From assembly GCF_001194135.2 (NCBI RefSeq), contig NC_068983.1, forward strand, positions 13,687,647-13,742,358: a stretch of DNA of 54,712 nucleotides. Direction: 5' to 3'. The notes beneath the pieces are model-generated. The model had not been told where the DNA came from. It saw nothing but the letters and a program-made list of their open reading frames with translations, and ran no database searches. Below, piece by piece: positions 13,573-25,923 of the stretch. The position numbers were made by a program, and so were the translations under genes. Each line of letters opens with the position of its first letter. Positions within the stretch are counted from its first letter, which is position 1. This stretch comes from Octopus bimaculoides (lineage: Eukaryota).

Positions 13573-13781
13573 ATAAATGAAAATACACACACACACACAT
13601 TCATTTATACTCACATAAGGATTCATTTATATATCCATGCAAATATGTATACAGACACACACGTGTATGTATGTATGTATGTATGTATGTATGTGTGTGT
13701 GTATGTATGCATGTATGTATGTATGCATGTATGTATGTATGTATGTATGTATGTATCTATGTATGTATATATGTATGCATG

Positions 13782-13814
<33 letters not shown>

Positions 13815-14593
13815 GCGTGTGTGTGTATGTATGTATGTGTGTGTGTATGTATGTATGTATGTATCTCATTTTAAGAATAGGTACACAACATCTGCTTGAT
13901 CCATGTCATAATAGATATCTAAAATAGATATCAACATGAAGGGCACTGGGCTGTAAAACAATGCTTTAGAAAATCAGTCCAACCCATGCCAGCACGGAAA
14001 AGCAGATGGTACAGAAAAACGAGGATGTCAATAACATACATACTCTGTCTGGATATGCTAACAGAAGCTGTGTGTGAAGGGTTAAGTGTAGTAATGCAGT
14101 AGAGTTTGTAGTCAGTGGCTGATGCATGCAGCATTGCGCCATCTGCTGACTGTTCCTTGTTCCCTGCTAATACCACTGGTATGCTTTTGTAACGGAAAAT
14201 GGACAGAGGTGCTGTGTGAATTTCCTTCGGCAGGTACAAAGCTGTTCCACCTCTCTAAAATACCAGTAGTCGCTTTTAGTGTCATGCAAATCCTGGGTAC
14301 CTTCACAACTCCATGCAATACTTTTGACTATCTTGGAGCTATAGTAGGCCCTAGAGGCATAGTATAAGGATCTATGGCTGATTGAACATGCCCTAGCACC
14401 AGTCAGCTACTGCCTCAGCTATGTTCAAATAATTCCGCTGCCTTGGGGTAAGGCTTTTGGTACAAATGCTAAGAGAGTACACACTGACAGAAACAACATG
14501 TATAGGAAGATAGGATTTGTTATTCTGGGAAGGCAGATCATCTAAGAAAGAGGAAACTGATTTTGAATCTTCACTGCTTTGTGGCTATATCAA

Positions 14594-14862
14594 TCATCAT
14601 CATCATCATTTAACGTCCGCCTTCCATGCTAGCATGGGTTGGATGATTTGATTGAGGACTGGCGAACCAGATGGCTGCACCAGGCTCCAGTCTGATCTGG
14701 CAGAGTTTCTACAGCTGGATGCCCTTCCTAATGCCAACCACTCCGAGAGTGTAGTGAGTGCTTTTACATGCCACCGGTACAAGGGCCAGTCACACAGTAC
14801 TGGCAACGGCCACGCTCAAAATGGTGTTTTTTATGTGCCACATGCACAGGAACCAGTCCAGT
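14594..14862 (-). mobile_element. Repeat family D, running into a gap
   Basis: Same tail and internal unit. Confidence 0.85.
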
Positions 14863-15444
14863 NNNNNNNNNNNNNNNNNNNNNNNNNNNNNNNNNNNNNN
14901 NNNNNNNNNNNNNNNNNNNNNNNNNNNNNNNNNNNNNNNNNNNNNNNNNNNNNNNNNNNNNNNNNNNNNNNNNNNNNNNNNNNNNNNNNNNNNNNNNNNN
15001 NNNNNNNNNNNNNNNNNNNNNNNNNNNNNNNNNNNNNNNNNNNNNNNNNNNNNNNNNNNNNNNNNNNNNNNNNNNNNNNNNNNNNNNNNNNNNNNNNNNN
15101 NNNNNNNNNNNNNNNNATAGCGGCGTACGTACACTTTGTCTCTTATATGCATGTATATATGTATATATACAGTATCATCAAGCGAGACAATGTTCTTGCT
15201 CCCACGATGCTGGGGATCTGCAAGGCTTTTCAAATTTCTTCATCCACAAAGTAAACCAATGTTTGCAAAGCCCTCACCAGGCATGTTGTTTGCCCATGCA
15301 GCAGCAATTACAACCAAACAATCAGAAAGATACTTCATACATTGATGTGTCACTTATCCCACAGAATGTGACATATTCAGTCAATCCTAGATAATAACGG
15401 CCTTGAAATAAAGACACATGCTCATACACACATACACACACACT

Positions 15445-15482
<38 letters not shown>

Positions 15483-15564
15483 ACACACGTGTGTGTGTGT
15501 GTGTGTGTGTATAGCGATGTTATTGGTAGGCTTTGTGTTATAGAAAAGTGTGATTTTTATCAAC

Positions 15565-15596
<32 letters not shown>

Positions 15597-18009
15597 CCTC
15601 ATTACTGTTATTATAATTGCGAATGATGTGTTGTTGTTGTTGTTGTTTCCAAACAATTTTGTTTGATTGCTTTAGTCATTATAAAATACTTGGCCATAAT
15701 CAAATTGGCGTGCGCTTTTTTCTGCGATTTAACTAGCACTCTCAAATACCATCCATCTACCCACCCATTCATTCAGCTACCCACCCCAATGACCACCCCT
15801 TAGCACACCACCAACCATCACCACCACCACCACCGCCACCACCACTACTCACTAACTCACTCTACTAAGAGTTGATAAATGAATTAGTAAAGAAAGAGAC
15901 GAAGAAGTGAGGTGGAAGAAAACTGCTGTAATCAGCAAAAATGAGGAATATATTATGTAAACTGGAACACCATTTTCCTCTATAATTTACTTTCTAAGCA
16001 CGTGTGTGTGCGTGTGTGTGTGTGTGTGTATGTGGTTAGGTGTTTATGTGTGCTTGTAAGAATATATAAATGTATGTATTGTATGTGTGTATAAAAACAC
16101 ATATAATCACACATACACACACTTACAAACATACATATATGCACACACATATATATATAAAATCCAAATGATAATACAATATATAGATATATATATATAT
16201 ATGCATGCTTATGTATGCATATATGTGCATAGAAAAAAATCCACCCATGTGTAGAACTGATATTGAGATACAGGAGTGAGAAAAAGAAAATCACCGAGTA
16301 AGATCTTAATGGTAGATTGTGAAGTTTAAGCAACACTTTCACCATACGCACAGATGAAAAAATACACAAACACACAAACACACACATTTGTATACATATT
16401 CTGTTAAGATATATGACTTTCACTTTCACTTTCGCACATTCTGTCTCTCCTCTTGTAGACATCTTTCTGTCAATTTTGACAATGTGTATTCCACAGTCAC
16501 CTGGGTTTCTTTGTTATGTAATCTTCAGGTAGAATCACTATAGCACCACGACAAAGCTGGCTCTTTAACTCTGTTGAAGATTTTCTAACTCAAAAGCTCA
16601 GTCTTGTAATAATGTAATAGTGCCTGAGCAGACCAAGTAGGAAAGTTTTGATTTAAAAACGAAACAAAACAAAAAAGAAAACTTTCAAAATCACAGATGG
16701 AAGAAGGAACTAAATTTGTCTCCCTTAAATTAGAGAGTTCATAACTTCCTTTAAAACAGACAGATTGATAATTAAATTGTTAGACAGACAGACAGACAAA
16801 TAAATAATCTGATAGACATAAAGATACACAGATAGATGTATATGCATACCCCCCCACACACACACACATATTAGACTGTATCTGGAACCATGTGATTGAG
16901 AAGCAAGCTTCTTACCACACAGCCACGCAATATAAAAGCTATATATGCATATCATCATAATCATTTAATATCTGCCTTCCATGCTGGCATGGGTTGGACA
17001 GTTTGACAGGAGCTGGTTTGTCATGAGCCTGCACCAAACTTCTGTGTCTGCTTAGGCACAGTTTTTACAGCTGGATGCCCTTAACCACAAAAGTGGTAAG
17101 ACCTGGAGAGCTTCAGGCAGTGCAGAATTGCGAGATACAAGTGCTACTGGGTAGATTCTCATCATGCAAGAGGTTAAAAGACTAAAGGTTAAACTACATG
17201 CTGAGACCATCCAATGGGCTTCCATGCAGTTTCCGTCTGCCAGCGTTGTAATTGTGTAAAGTGGCTGAGTATCTTCACAAATATTTTGTGCTCTCAACAT
17301 AATTCCCAGATGCAGAATCAGCAGGACACTGTGTTACTGGCGTGTAGCAAAGCTACTTTTAATTCAATTCAAAATAGTACACCTGATGAGAATTCAGCCA
17401 GTTTCTGTTTCTCTAAGCAACATCAGCATAGTTCACACTTTATTTCAACTTTGAAAACGCAAAAATATAAATATATATATATATATANNNNNNNNNNNNN
17501 NNNNNNNNNNNNNNNNNNNNNNATATATATAAATGATAAATAAATATATCAATAAATAAAATGAAAATAAACAAAAAAATTGTTTTAATATTTCATGTTT
17601 AACATGAGCAGAAGTTATGTAAACAAGGATGTTTGCATAAAGTTTCTAAAGTGTGTATTTAACAAGGAGATATGTTATATTGATAAGTAAACTTGCTACA
17701 ACAGCAACTCCAATTATTTTTAATGACTTAATAGGAAGGGCAGGGTTTTCAGATAATTGTTTGTTTATCTTACTTGCTTTTCTTTTCTTAATGAATTAGT
17801 AAGATTGTTGTCTCAAGAGTCAACGACAATTCCAGATACAAGGTTATCGATTGGGAAAAAAAGCCTGACCAAGAGAAAGATCAAAGGGCAAAGCACCTTG
17901 ATATAAGTTTTTTAGTGTACAGAATATTTGTGAGATAAATGGCATTCAGAAGGAAACTGATATGTACTGTAGTTATTCTTTCAAATAATAGATTCTTTTC
18001 TACACTAGG

Positions 18010-18650
18010 CACAAGGCCTGAAATTTTGGGGGAGGGGGAGGCAGTCGATTAGATTAACCCCAATACGTAACTGGTGCTTAATTTATCGCCCTCCAAAAGA
18101 ATGGAAGGCAAAGTTGACCTCGGTGGAATTTGAACTTAGAATGTAAAGACAGACAAAATACCGCTAAGCATTTCGTCCGGTGTGCTAATGTTTCTTATTT
18201 CTTTATTGCCTACAAGGGGCTAAACATAGAGGGGACAAACAAAGACAGACAAACGGATTAAGTCGGTTACATCGACCCCAGTGAGTAACTGGTACTTAAT
18301 TTATCGACCCCGAAAGGATGAAAGGCAAAGTCGACCTCAGCGGAATTTGAACTCAGAACATAACGGTAGACGAAATNNNNNNNNNNACAAAATACCGCTA
18401 AGCATTTCGTCCGGTGTGCTAATGTTTCTTATTTCTTTATTGCCTACAAGGGGCTAAACATAGAGGGGACAAACAAAGACAGACAAACGGATTAAGTCGG
18501 TTACATCGACCCCAGTGAGTAACTGGTACTTAATTTATCGACCCCGAAAGGATGAAAGGCAAAGTCGACCTCAGCGGAATTTGAACTCAGAACATAACGG
18601 TAGACAAAATACCGTTAAACATTTTGCCCGACATGCTAACGATTCTACCA
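18010..18650 (-). mobile_element. SINE family C tandem cluster (central domain GAGGTCGACTTTGCCTTTCATCCTTTCGGGGTCGATAAATTAAGTACCAG, Meta-domain-like)
   Basis: Head-to-tail copies; the unit repeated across the 10-N gap is probably an assembly duplicate. The Meta-domain resemblance is from memory and unverified. Confidence 0.8.
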
Positions 18651-19079
18651 GGCTTCTTTCAGTTTCCTTCAACCAATTCTACTCACAAGTTTGATTGGTT
18701 CGGGGCTAATAATAAAAGACACGGGCCCAAGGTGCCACACAGTGGGACTGAAACCAAGATCTCATGGTTAGGAAACATAGCAGCACCTTAATAAGAACCT
18801 AAGGACAGTAAGTGAAAGAATGGTATATACGTTGTGATGTCATACTCCTTTGCAAGTGATGGTGGTTATGAATGGTGGTTACGTGTAATAGAAAAGATTT
18901 CTTTATGCAATCAATCAAGCATTGTTTAGCATGTGTTTTGTATCTGTGTATACAGTGGTGGAAATGCAGAAAGTACAAAGGGGCTTAGGTCCATATGGTT
19001 CGATGCGTATGGAGGAATATGTGCAGAGATTAAAGGCTTAGGAAGTTGTAAAGAAGGCTTGAGTGTGAAAAAAAAATAA

Positions 19080-19802
19080 AGACGCCTGTGAGAGAGAAAG
19101 AGAGAAAGAAAACGGAGGGAGAGGGACAGAGGGAGGAGAGAATGTGATAGGAAAAGGGAAAGCATGGAATGGATAGGAGATGGAGAGAGATGGTGTAAGA
19201 GAGATATGAGTGAGAGAAAGAGTGGGAGGGAGAGATAGGTGACAGAAAGAGAATGAAAGAGGCAAGTGAGAAAAGAGTAAGAGAGAGAGAGAGAGAGAGA
19301 TAGAGAGAGAGAGAAAAGGATAAATGAGAAAGTGAAAGATGAGGGAGAAAGATATGAGAGGGACAAAAGAATAAGGGAGAGAGGTGGAGAGAGGGGGAGA
19401 GACAAGGGGAGGAGAGAATGTGATAGGAAAAGGGTAGGGATAAAATGGACAGAAGAGATAGAGAGAGAAAGAGTGTTAGAGAGATAAGGATGAGAGAAAG
19501 GGTGAGAGAAAAATGGGACAGAGAGACAGGTGACAGGAAGAGGGGGGAAAAGACAACAGAGGAGAGAGAGAGAGAGAGAGAGAGACAGGGAAAGAGAGAC
19601 AAAAGAATGAAGGAGGGAGATATGACAGACAAAAGAATAAAGGAGAGATGCAAAGAGAGAGGGGGAGAGAGAGAGGGAGAGACAAGAGAGAGGGAGAGAC
19701 AAGAGAGAGGGAGAGACAAGAGAGAGGGAGAAACAAGAGAGAGGGGGAGAAACAAGAGAGAGGGGGAGAGACAAGAGAGAGGAAGAGAGAGTGGGAGAGA
19801 GA
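19080..19802. repeat. GA-rich polypurine tract running into a gap
   Basis: Direct reading; includes GAGACAAGAGAGAGG units. Confidence 0.9.
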
Positions 19803-21169
19803 NNNNNNNNNNNNNNNNNNNNNNNNNNNNNNNNNNNNNNNNNNNNNNNNNNNNNNNNNNNNNNNNNNNNNNNNNNNNNNNNNNNNNNNNNNNNNNNNNN
19901 NNNNNNNNNNNNNNNNNNNNNNNNNNNNNNNNNNNNNNNNNNNNNNNNNNNNNNNNNNNNNNNNNNNNNNNNNNNNNNNNNNNNNNNNNNNNNNNNNNNN
20001 NNNNNNNNNNNNNNNNNNNNNNNNNNNNNNNNNNNNNNNNNNNNNNNNNNNNNNNNNNNNNNNNNNNNNNNNNNNNNNNNNNNNNNNNNNNNNNNNNNNN
20101 NNNNNNNNNNNNNNNNNNNNNNNNNNNNNNNNNNNNNNNNNNNNNNNNNNNNNNNNNNNNNNNNNNNNNNNNNNNNNNNNNNNNNNNNNNNNNNNNNNNN
20201 NNNNNNNNNNNNNNNNNNNNNNNNNNNNNNNNNNNNNNNNNNNNNNNNNNNNNNNNNNNNNNNNNNNNNNNNNNNNNNNNNNNNNNNNNNNNNNNNNNNN
20301 NNNNNNNNNNNNNNNNNNNNNNNNNNNNNNNNNNNNNNNNNNNNNNNNNNNNNNNNNNNNNNNNNNNNNNNNNNNNNNNNNNNNNNNNNNNNNNNNNNNN
20401 NNNNNNNNNNNNNNNNNNNNNNNNNNNNNNNNNNNNNNNNNNNNNNNNNNNNNNNNNNNNNNNNNNNNNNNNNNNNNNNNNNNNNNNNNNNNNNNNNNNN
20501 NNNNNNNNNNNNNNNNNNNNNNNNNNNNNNNNNNNNNNNNNNNNNNNNNNNNNNNNNNNNNNNNNNNNNNNNNNNNNNNNNNNNNNNNNNNNNNNNNNNN
20601 NNNNNNNNNNNNNNNNNNNNNNNNNNNNNNNNNNNNNNNNNNNNNNNNNNNNNNNNNNNNNNNNNNNNNNNNNNNNNNNNNNNNATGTAGCCAATAGCAT
20701 TTATAATCGCTTTCTTTCAACCACTAATCTATCTGAAGTTTCAAAAGAACAGAGAAAAAAAAACAAAAAAAAAACTATAACAACAACAACAAAAAAGAAA
20801 CCTAGCAGGAAAAACAAAACGATTTCTATGGACTGATGCCAATTATTCCAGCATAAAATCTGGAAGGACAAAGAATGGGGGAAAGCGAAAAAAAACTCTG
20901 GAGTAAAGCAAACAAAAAAAAAAAAAACACGAAAAGAAGGGGGAAAAAAAGAGAAAATGCCACAGATTCCTTGAAGAACGGCCAAAATGTGTTCATTTCA
21001 TGCATGTCTGGCAGGAGATGATGATGGCACGGTGCCATTACGAGATACAATGTTGTTTAATTTATAACCGAAGAATCTAAAGTGTCTTATCATTCACTCC
21101 CACTGCTCTGACCATGAGCTTTATGTAATCTGATGCCTACGTATTAGATGCTCAAGTCCATATACAACA

Positions 21170-21241
<72 letters not shown>

Positions 21242-21468
21242 GAGACTGCCACGTCAGATTAAGCTACAACAACACCCACAATAACAGCAACAACAACGAC
21301 AACAGCAACAACTATCATCAGAACTAGTTTGGTTTTCGGTAAACAACTGATGTTAAAGAGAAACTTGGTTTGATCAATATTGATAATGTCTTACAAGGTA
21401 CTGTTAACTTAGCTGGAAGTTTTAACTGACTGCCTCCACCCACCTCTCTCTCTGTATAAATACACATA

Positions 21469-21519
<51 letters not shown>

Positions 21520-21545
21520 ATGTGTGTGTGTGTGTGTGTGTGTGT

Positions 21546-21707
21546 AGGTGCAGCATGGCTGTTTGGTAAGAAGCTTGCTTCCCAATCACATGGTTCTGGG
21601 TTCAGTCCCACTGCATAGCACCTTGGGCTAGCTTCATCTACTACAGCTTCGGGATGACCAAAGCCTTGCGAGTGGATTTGGTAGATGGAAACTGAAAGAA
21701 GCCTGTC
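21546..21707 (+). mobile_element. SINE family A, 5' half
   Basis: Head and body ending GAAACTGAAAGAAGCC, directly upstream of the second hammerhead. Confidence 0.8.
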
Positions 21708-21748
21708 ATTAGCAAAGTGAGACACACATAAGAAAGAAGAAAGCAAAG

Positions 21749-21792
21749 GACCACTGATGAGGTCACAGAAGTGTGACGAAAGAACTCTGGCC
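21749..21792 (+). ncRNA. Minimal type I hammerhead ribozyme motif, near-intact
   Basis: GGA-CCA-CTGATGA-G-GTCACA(GAAG)TGTGAC-GAA-AGAACT-C-TGG-CC. Helix II 6 bp, one extra nt after A9, helix III one base from a palindrome, CUC triplet, weak helix I (3 bp + 2 bp). Confidence 0.65.
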
Positions 21793-23265
21793 AAAATAGG
21801 ATTAATGTAATATAAAGCTGAAGCAAATCAACACCAAATATACAGTGCGTGTGTTTTTATTGGCTAAACTGNNNNNNNNNNNNNNNNNNNNNNNNNNNNN
21901 NNNNNNNNNNNNNNNNNNNNNNNNNNNNNNNNNNNNNNNNNNNNNNNNNNNNNNNNNNNNNNNNNNNNNNNNNNNNNNNNNNNNNNNNNNNNNNNNNNNN
22001 NNNNNNNNNNNNNNNNNNNNNNNNNNNNNNNNNNNNNNNNNNNNNNNNNNNNNNNNNNNNNNNNNNNNNNNNNNNNNNNNNNNNNNNNNNNNNNNNNNNN
22101 NNNNNNNNNNNNNNNNNNNNNNNNNNNNNNNNNNNNNNNNNNNNNNNNNNNNNNNNNNNNNNNNNNNNNNNNNNNNNNNNNNNNNNNNNNNNNNNNNNNN
22201 NNNNNNNNNNNNNNNNNNNNNNNNNNNNNNNNNNNNNNNNNNNNNNNNNNNNNNNNNNNNNNNNNNNNATATCATCATCATCATCATCATCATCGTTTAA
22301 CGTCCGCCTTCCATGCTAGCATGGGTTGGACGATTCGACCGAGGACTGGTGAAACCGGATGGCAACACCAGGCTCCAGTCTGATCTGGCAGAGTTTCTAC
22401 AGCTGGATGCCCTTCCTAACGCCAATGGCGGTGCCGCAGCATGGCCACAGCTCATGAGCTGAAACTAGATAAAATGAAAAAAAAATATATATATATATAC
22501 ATACATACATACAAGCACACCCACACACACACATATATGTACATACATACATTTAGACACATACGTAAACACACTTGCATCACAGAAGTTCCTGAAGTTT
22601 TTCCTATAATGTGGAATTCCATAAACTGAAACCTTTTGTAACAAGCATGTCTGAATGAGAGTATATGCACATGTACGTATAGATGTGTGCAATCATGTAT
22701 GAAGAGTATATGTAAGTGTGTATATAGGTATAACCACATGTATATTATAGCCAATACCAAACGTTAACAAATTCAGATTGCTTAAAAACCGAAATAGCAA
22801 AAATGGATTTACCTTAATTTTCACAATCTTTGCACGGCTGACACTATGTGATGTATGCTTTCGCATCAATGTTTTCTGGAAAAGAACAGTAACAAATAAC
22901 AAATTTAGATAATGAAAACAGATTGTAAAGGGGTTATAAATGAAACAGCTGTCATCAATTTAAACCATTATTCGTCTACGATTTGTTATGCTTATGCCGC
23001 ATGAAGGGCTCATCAAGGAATTGGATCATTCGTAAATAATTGGAATTGAGAATTACTTAACAACGGTATGTCTAGTTGGTATAATGGCCGCTTATGATAA
23101 TGGAATGTTTCAATATCTGCTCCATGTGATTTTTATCTAGCCAATTGGTGGCATCTTACACACTGATGTGTCTTGATTCTTAATCAAACATTTTCTTAAC
23201 TTTATATATCTATCTATCTAGGACAGGTAAAATTCCTGATATATATATATATATATAGATAGATA

Positions 23266-23571
<306 letters not shown>

Positions 23572-23775
23572 AGTTACAAAGTTACTACAGCACCATGAGT
23601 TTCATGCTTTGGCATACAAACATAAACACACACATACAAATACACACACTCACACACACACACACACGCACACACACGCACATGCACACACACACACATC
23701 TTTGGTGAGAAGACAACAGCAGTACAGTTCCAGGTTGACACAGTTCTTGACAGCAAGTACATTAAAGAGTGTTTA

Positions 23776-23814
<39 letters not shown>

Positions 23815-24659
23815 GTGTGTATGTGTGTGTATTCACACACACACGTTTGGTGAGAAGATGTTAGCATTACTGAAGTTACAGATTGAGATGGGTCTAGACA
23901 GGAATGATATTAACGTGTGTTTAATATCTGGCCACATGAATGCTGAGTGCGATGTACGATGCATGTGAGAGTGTGTGTGTGTATGTGCGTGCTTGAATAT
24001 GAGTGTCTGTATGTGTTGTTTGTATGCTTGCGTGCATATGGTGCGAAACTATAAAATATCGGCATTGCTCAAGTTCCAGAGCGTGATACAAGTTCTAAGT
24101 AGAGAGAAATGATATTAAAAGTGTGTTTAATATCAAATGAGTCAGAGCAGAGAAATGTCAAAATGATGAAAGACTATTAACAACGGCATAGAATGTATTA
24201 ATTACAACACTGCCAGCACAGCATGATTTCTGAATAAATATGTATAGCGAGGCTCGGTATCTGTGTATATCTTAGCCTCGCTTTATAGTTCTTGTTTAGT
24301 CCCAGGTCAGCCGTGAATGAGCAGGTCTCTGATCAAAGTCATTCCAGTAATGGCAATCCAGTCTCAGTTAGTGAACCAATATAAACCAAATACACTCTAT
24401 CACCATCCAGTCAACCAACCGATCAACCAATCAACCAACAAACTGATTGACAAATATACTGAATCATTCATAAAACCCTTTCCCTACGCAAAGCATTTTC
24501 ATAAGCTTGTCCTAAATATTTGTTTGTTTTCAGACATTTAGCAAGCCTTTATTTCATACATTCTGAGTAATATAGGGCTCTCCTTTCTTAAGTCCCAGGT
24601 TACTCAGGTGGCTGAAAAAAAACTAGGAATGTATATCAGATACGATGCATCGATCATCA

Positions 24660-24955
24660 TCATTATCATCATCATCATCGTCGTTTAACGTCCGCTTTCC
24701 ATGCTAGCATGGGTTGGACAATTTGACTGAGGACTGGTGGACCAGGTGGCTACACCAGGCTCCAATGTGATCTGGCAGAGTTTCTACAGCTGGATGCCCT
24801 TCCTAATGCCAACCACTCCGAGAGTGTAGTGGGTGCTTTTACGTGCCACAGGTACGAAGGCCAGTCAAGCGGTACTGGCAACGGCCACGCTCAAAATGGT
24901 GTATTTAACGTGCCACCTGCACAGGAGCCAGTTCGGCGGCACTGGCAACGGTCTT
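24660..24955 (-). mobile_element. Repeat family D
   Basis: (CAT)n followed by the family tail and two internal units. Confidence 0.85.
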
Positions 24956-24974
24956 GCATGTGATGTGGAAGCGT

Positions 24975-25245
24975 GTGGCTCAGTGTTTAAACTGCTGCGC
25001 TCACAATCGTATGATAGTGAGTTCGATTCCCAGACAAGGCTGTGCATTTTGTCCTTGAGCAAGACACTCTATTTCATTTTGCGTCAGTTCACTCAGTCAT
25101 AGAAATGAGTTGCAGCATCACTGGTGCCAAGCTGAATCAGTCTTTGCCTTTCTCTCGGACAACATTGGTGGCATGAGGAGGGGAGGCTGGAATTGTGCTT
25201 TGGAGGGGAACTCTCTATGTGCAGTCTCATGGTCATTCATGACCA
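24975..25245 (+). mobile_element. SINE family E
   Basis: TGGCTCAGTGTT...GTTCGATTCC...TCATGGTCATTCATGACC. Confidence 0.75.
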
Positions 25246-25249
25246 ATAC

Positions 25250-25288
<39 letters not shown>

Positions 25289-25290
<2 letters not shown>

Positions 25291-25872
25291 GCCCTGATGC
25301 AGTACTAGGCAGTGGCTCTCATGGCTTCTAATCTTAATTGATTGGAAGTGTTATCAAGTACATTGTTTTGTCTTGGTATAAAAGATGGGCTACAGCAAAT
25401 ATTCTGCTCAATAACAGAGCTTAGCTTGTCAGTTCCTTGACCTCAACCAGTTGAGCATGTCCCTTGGTGGCTGACGATATGTGCATCTCTGATCATGGGC
25501 AGAAGTAGTGGGGGAGTATCATAGCCATGTGTTGAGAGGAATTCTTTGGAGTTTGAATAATTCACCTTTGGAAACAGGGGTGTTTTGCTCAACTTCCTTA
25601 TACAACCCTTATACAGGGACCCTTTGAGTGGGATGGGCTACTTGACTTGAAGAAAATTCTAACTGGGCCCCACCTGCAAGGTGATGCACTGTTTATCTTG
25701 ATACAAGATCACCATGTCATGCACATATGGTTGAGAGGTATGTGCCTGGTGTACCCTTATCAGACGGGTAGTCATGATGGGTATACCAGGCTTCATATAT
25801 TTTATGCATATACCAGGCTTCATGGGTATACCAGGCTTCATATATTTAATGGCATGCACTGCTCTCTCACTC
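25289..25872 (-). mobile_element. 584-nt interspersed element embedded in (AAT)n; probable non-LTR (R4/Dong-like or non-autonomous) element
   Basis: Left end ATGCCC.GATGCAGTAC.AGGCAGTG.CTCTCATGGCTT is shared by copies at 29777, 29937 and 46039, whose right ends vary. This implies the left end is the 3' end. Clade assignment is inference from the TAA association only. Confidence 0.7.
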
Positions 25873-25879
25873 AATAATG

Positions 25880-25923
<44 letters not shown>

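Noticed and set aside
16491-16530. Minus-strand CTGAAGA...GAAA hammerhead-like spacing
   Set aside because: Helix II is only about 2 bp, the triplet would be GUG, and there is no helix I.
17380-17420. CTGATGA motif
   Set aside because: No helix II followed by GAAA.
18159-18610. Near-identical 220-nt duplication across a 10-N gap (similar cases at 10447-10630 and 34640-35656)
   Set aside because: Duplicated sequence flanking a scaffold gap is a typical unmerged-overlap or haplotype artefact.
24244-24290. Hairpin AGCGAGGCT...AGCCTCGCT
   Set aside because: Single 9-bp stem, too short for a pre-miRNA, and no CTRR end for a Helitron.
24724-24760. CTGAGGA-CTGGT-G(A/G)A motif in family D
   Set aside because: Only 5 nt separate the core halves, too short for helix II.
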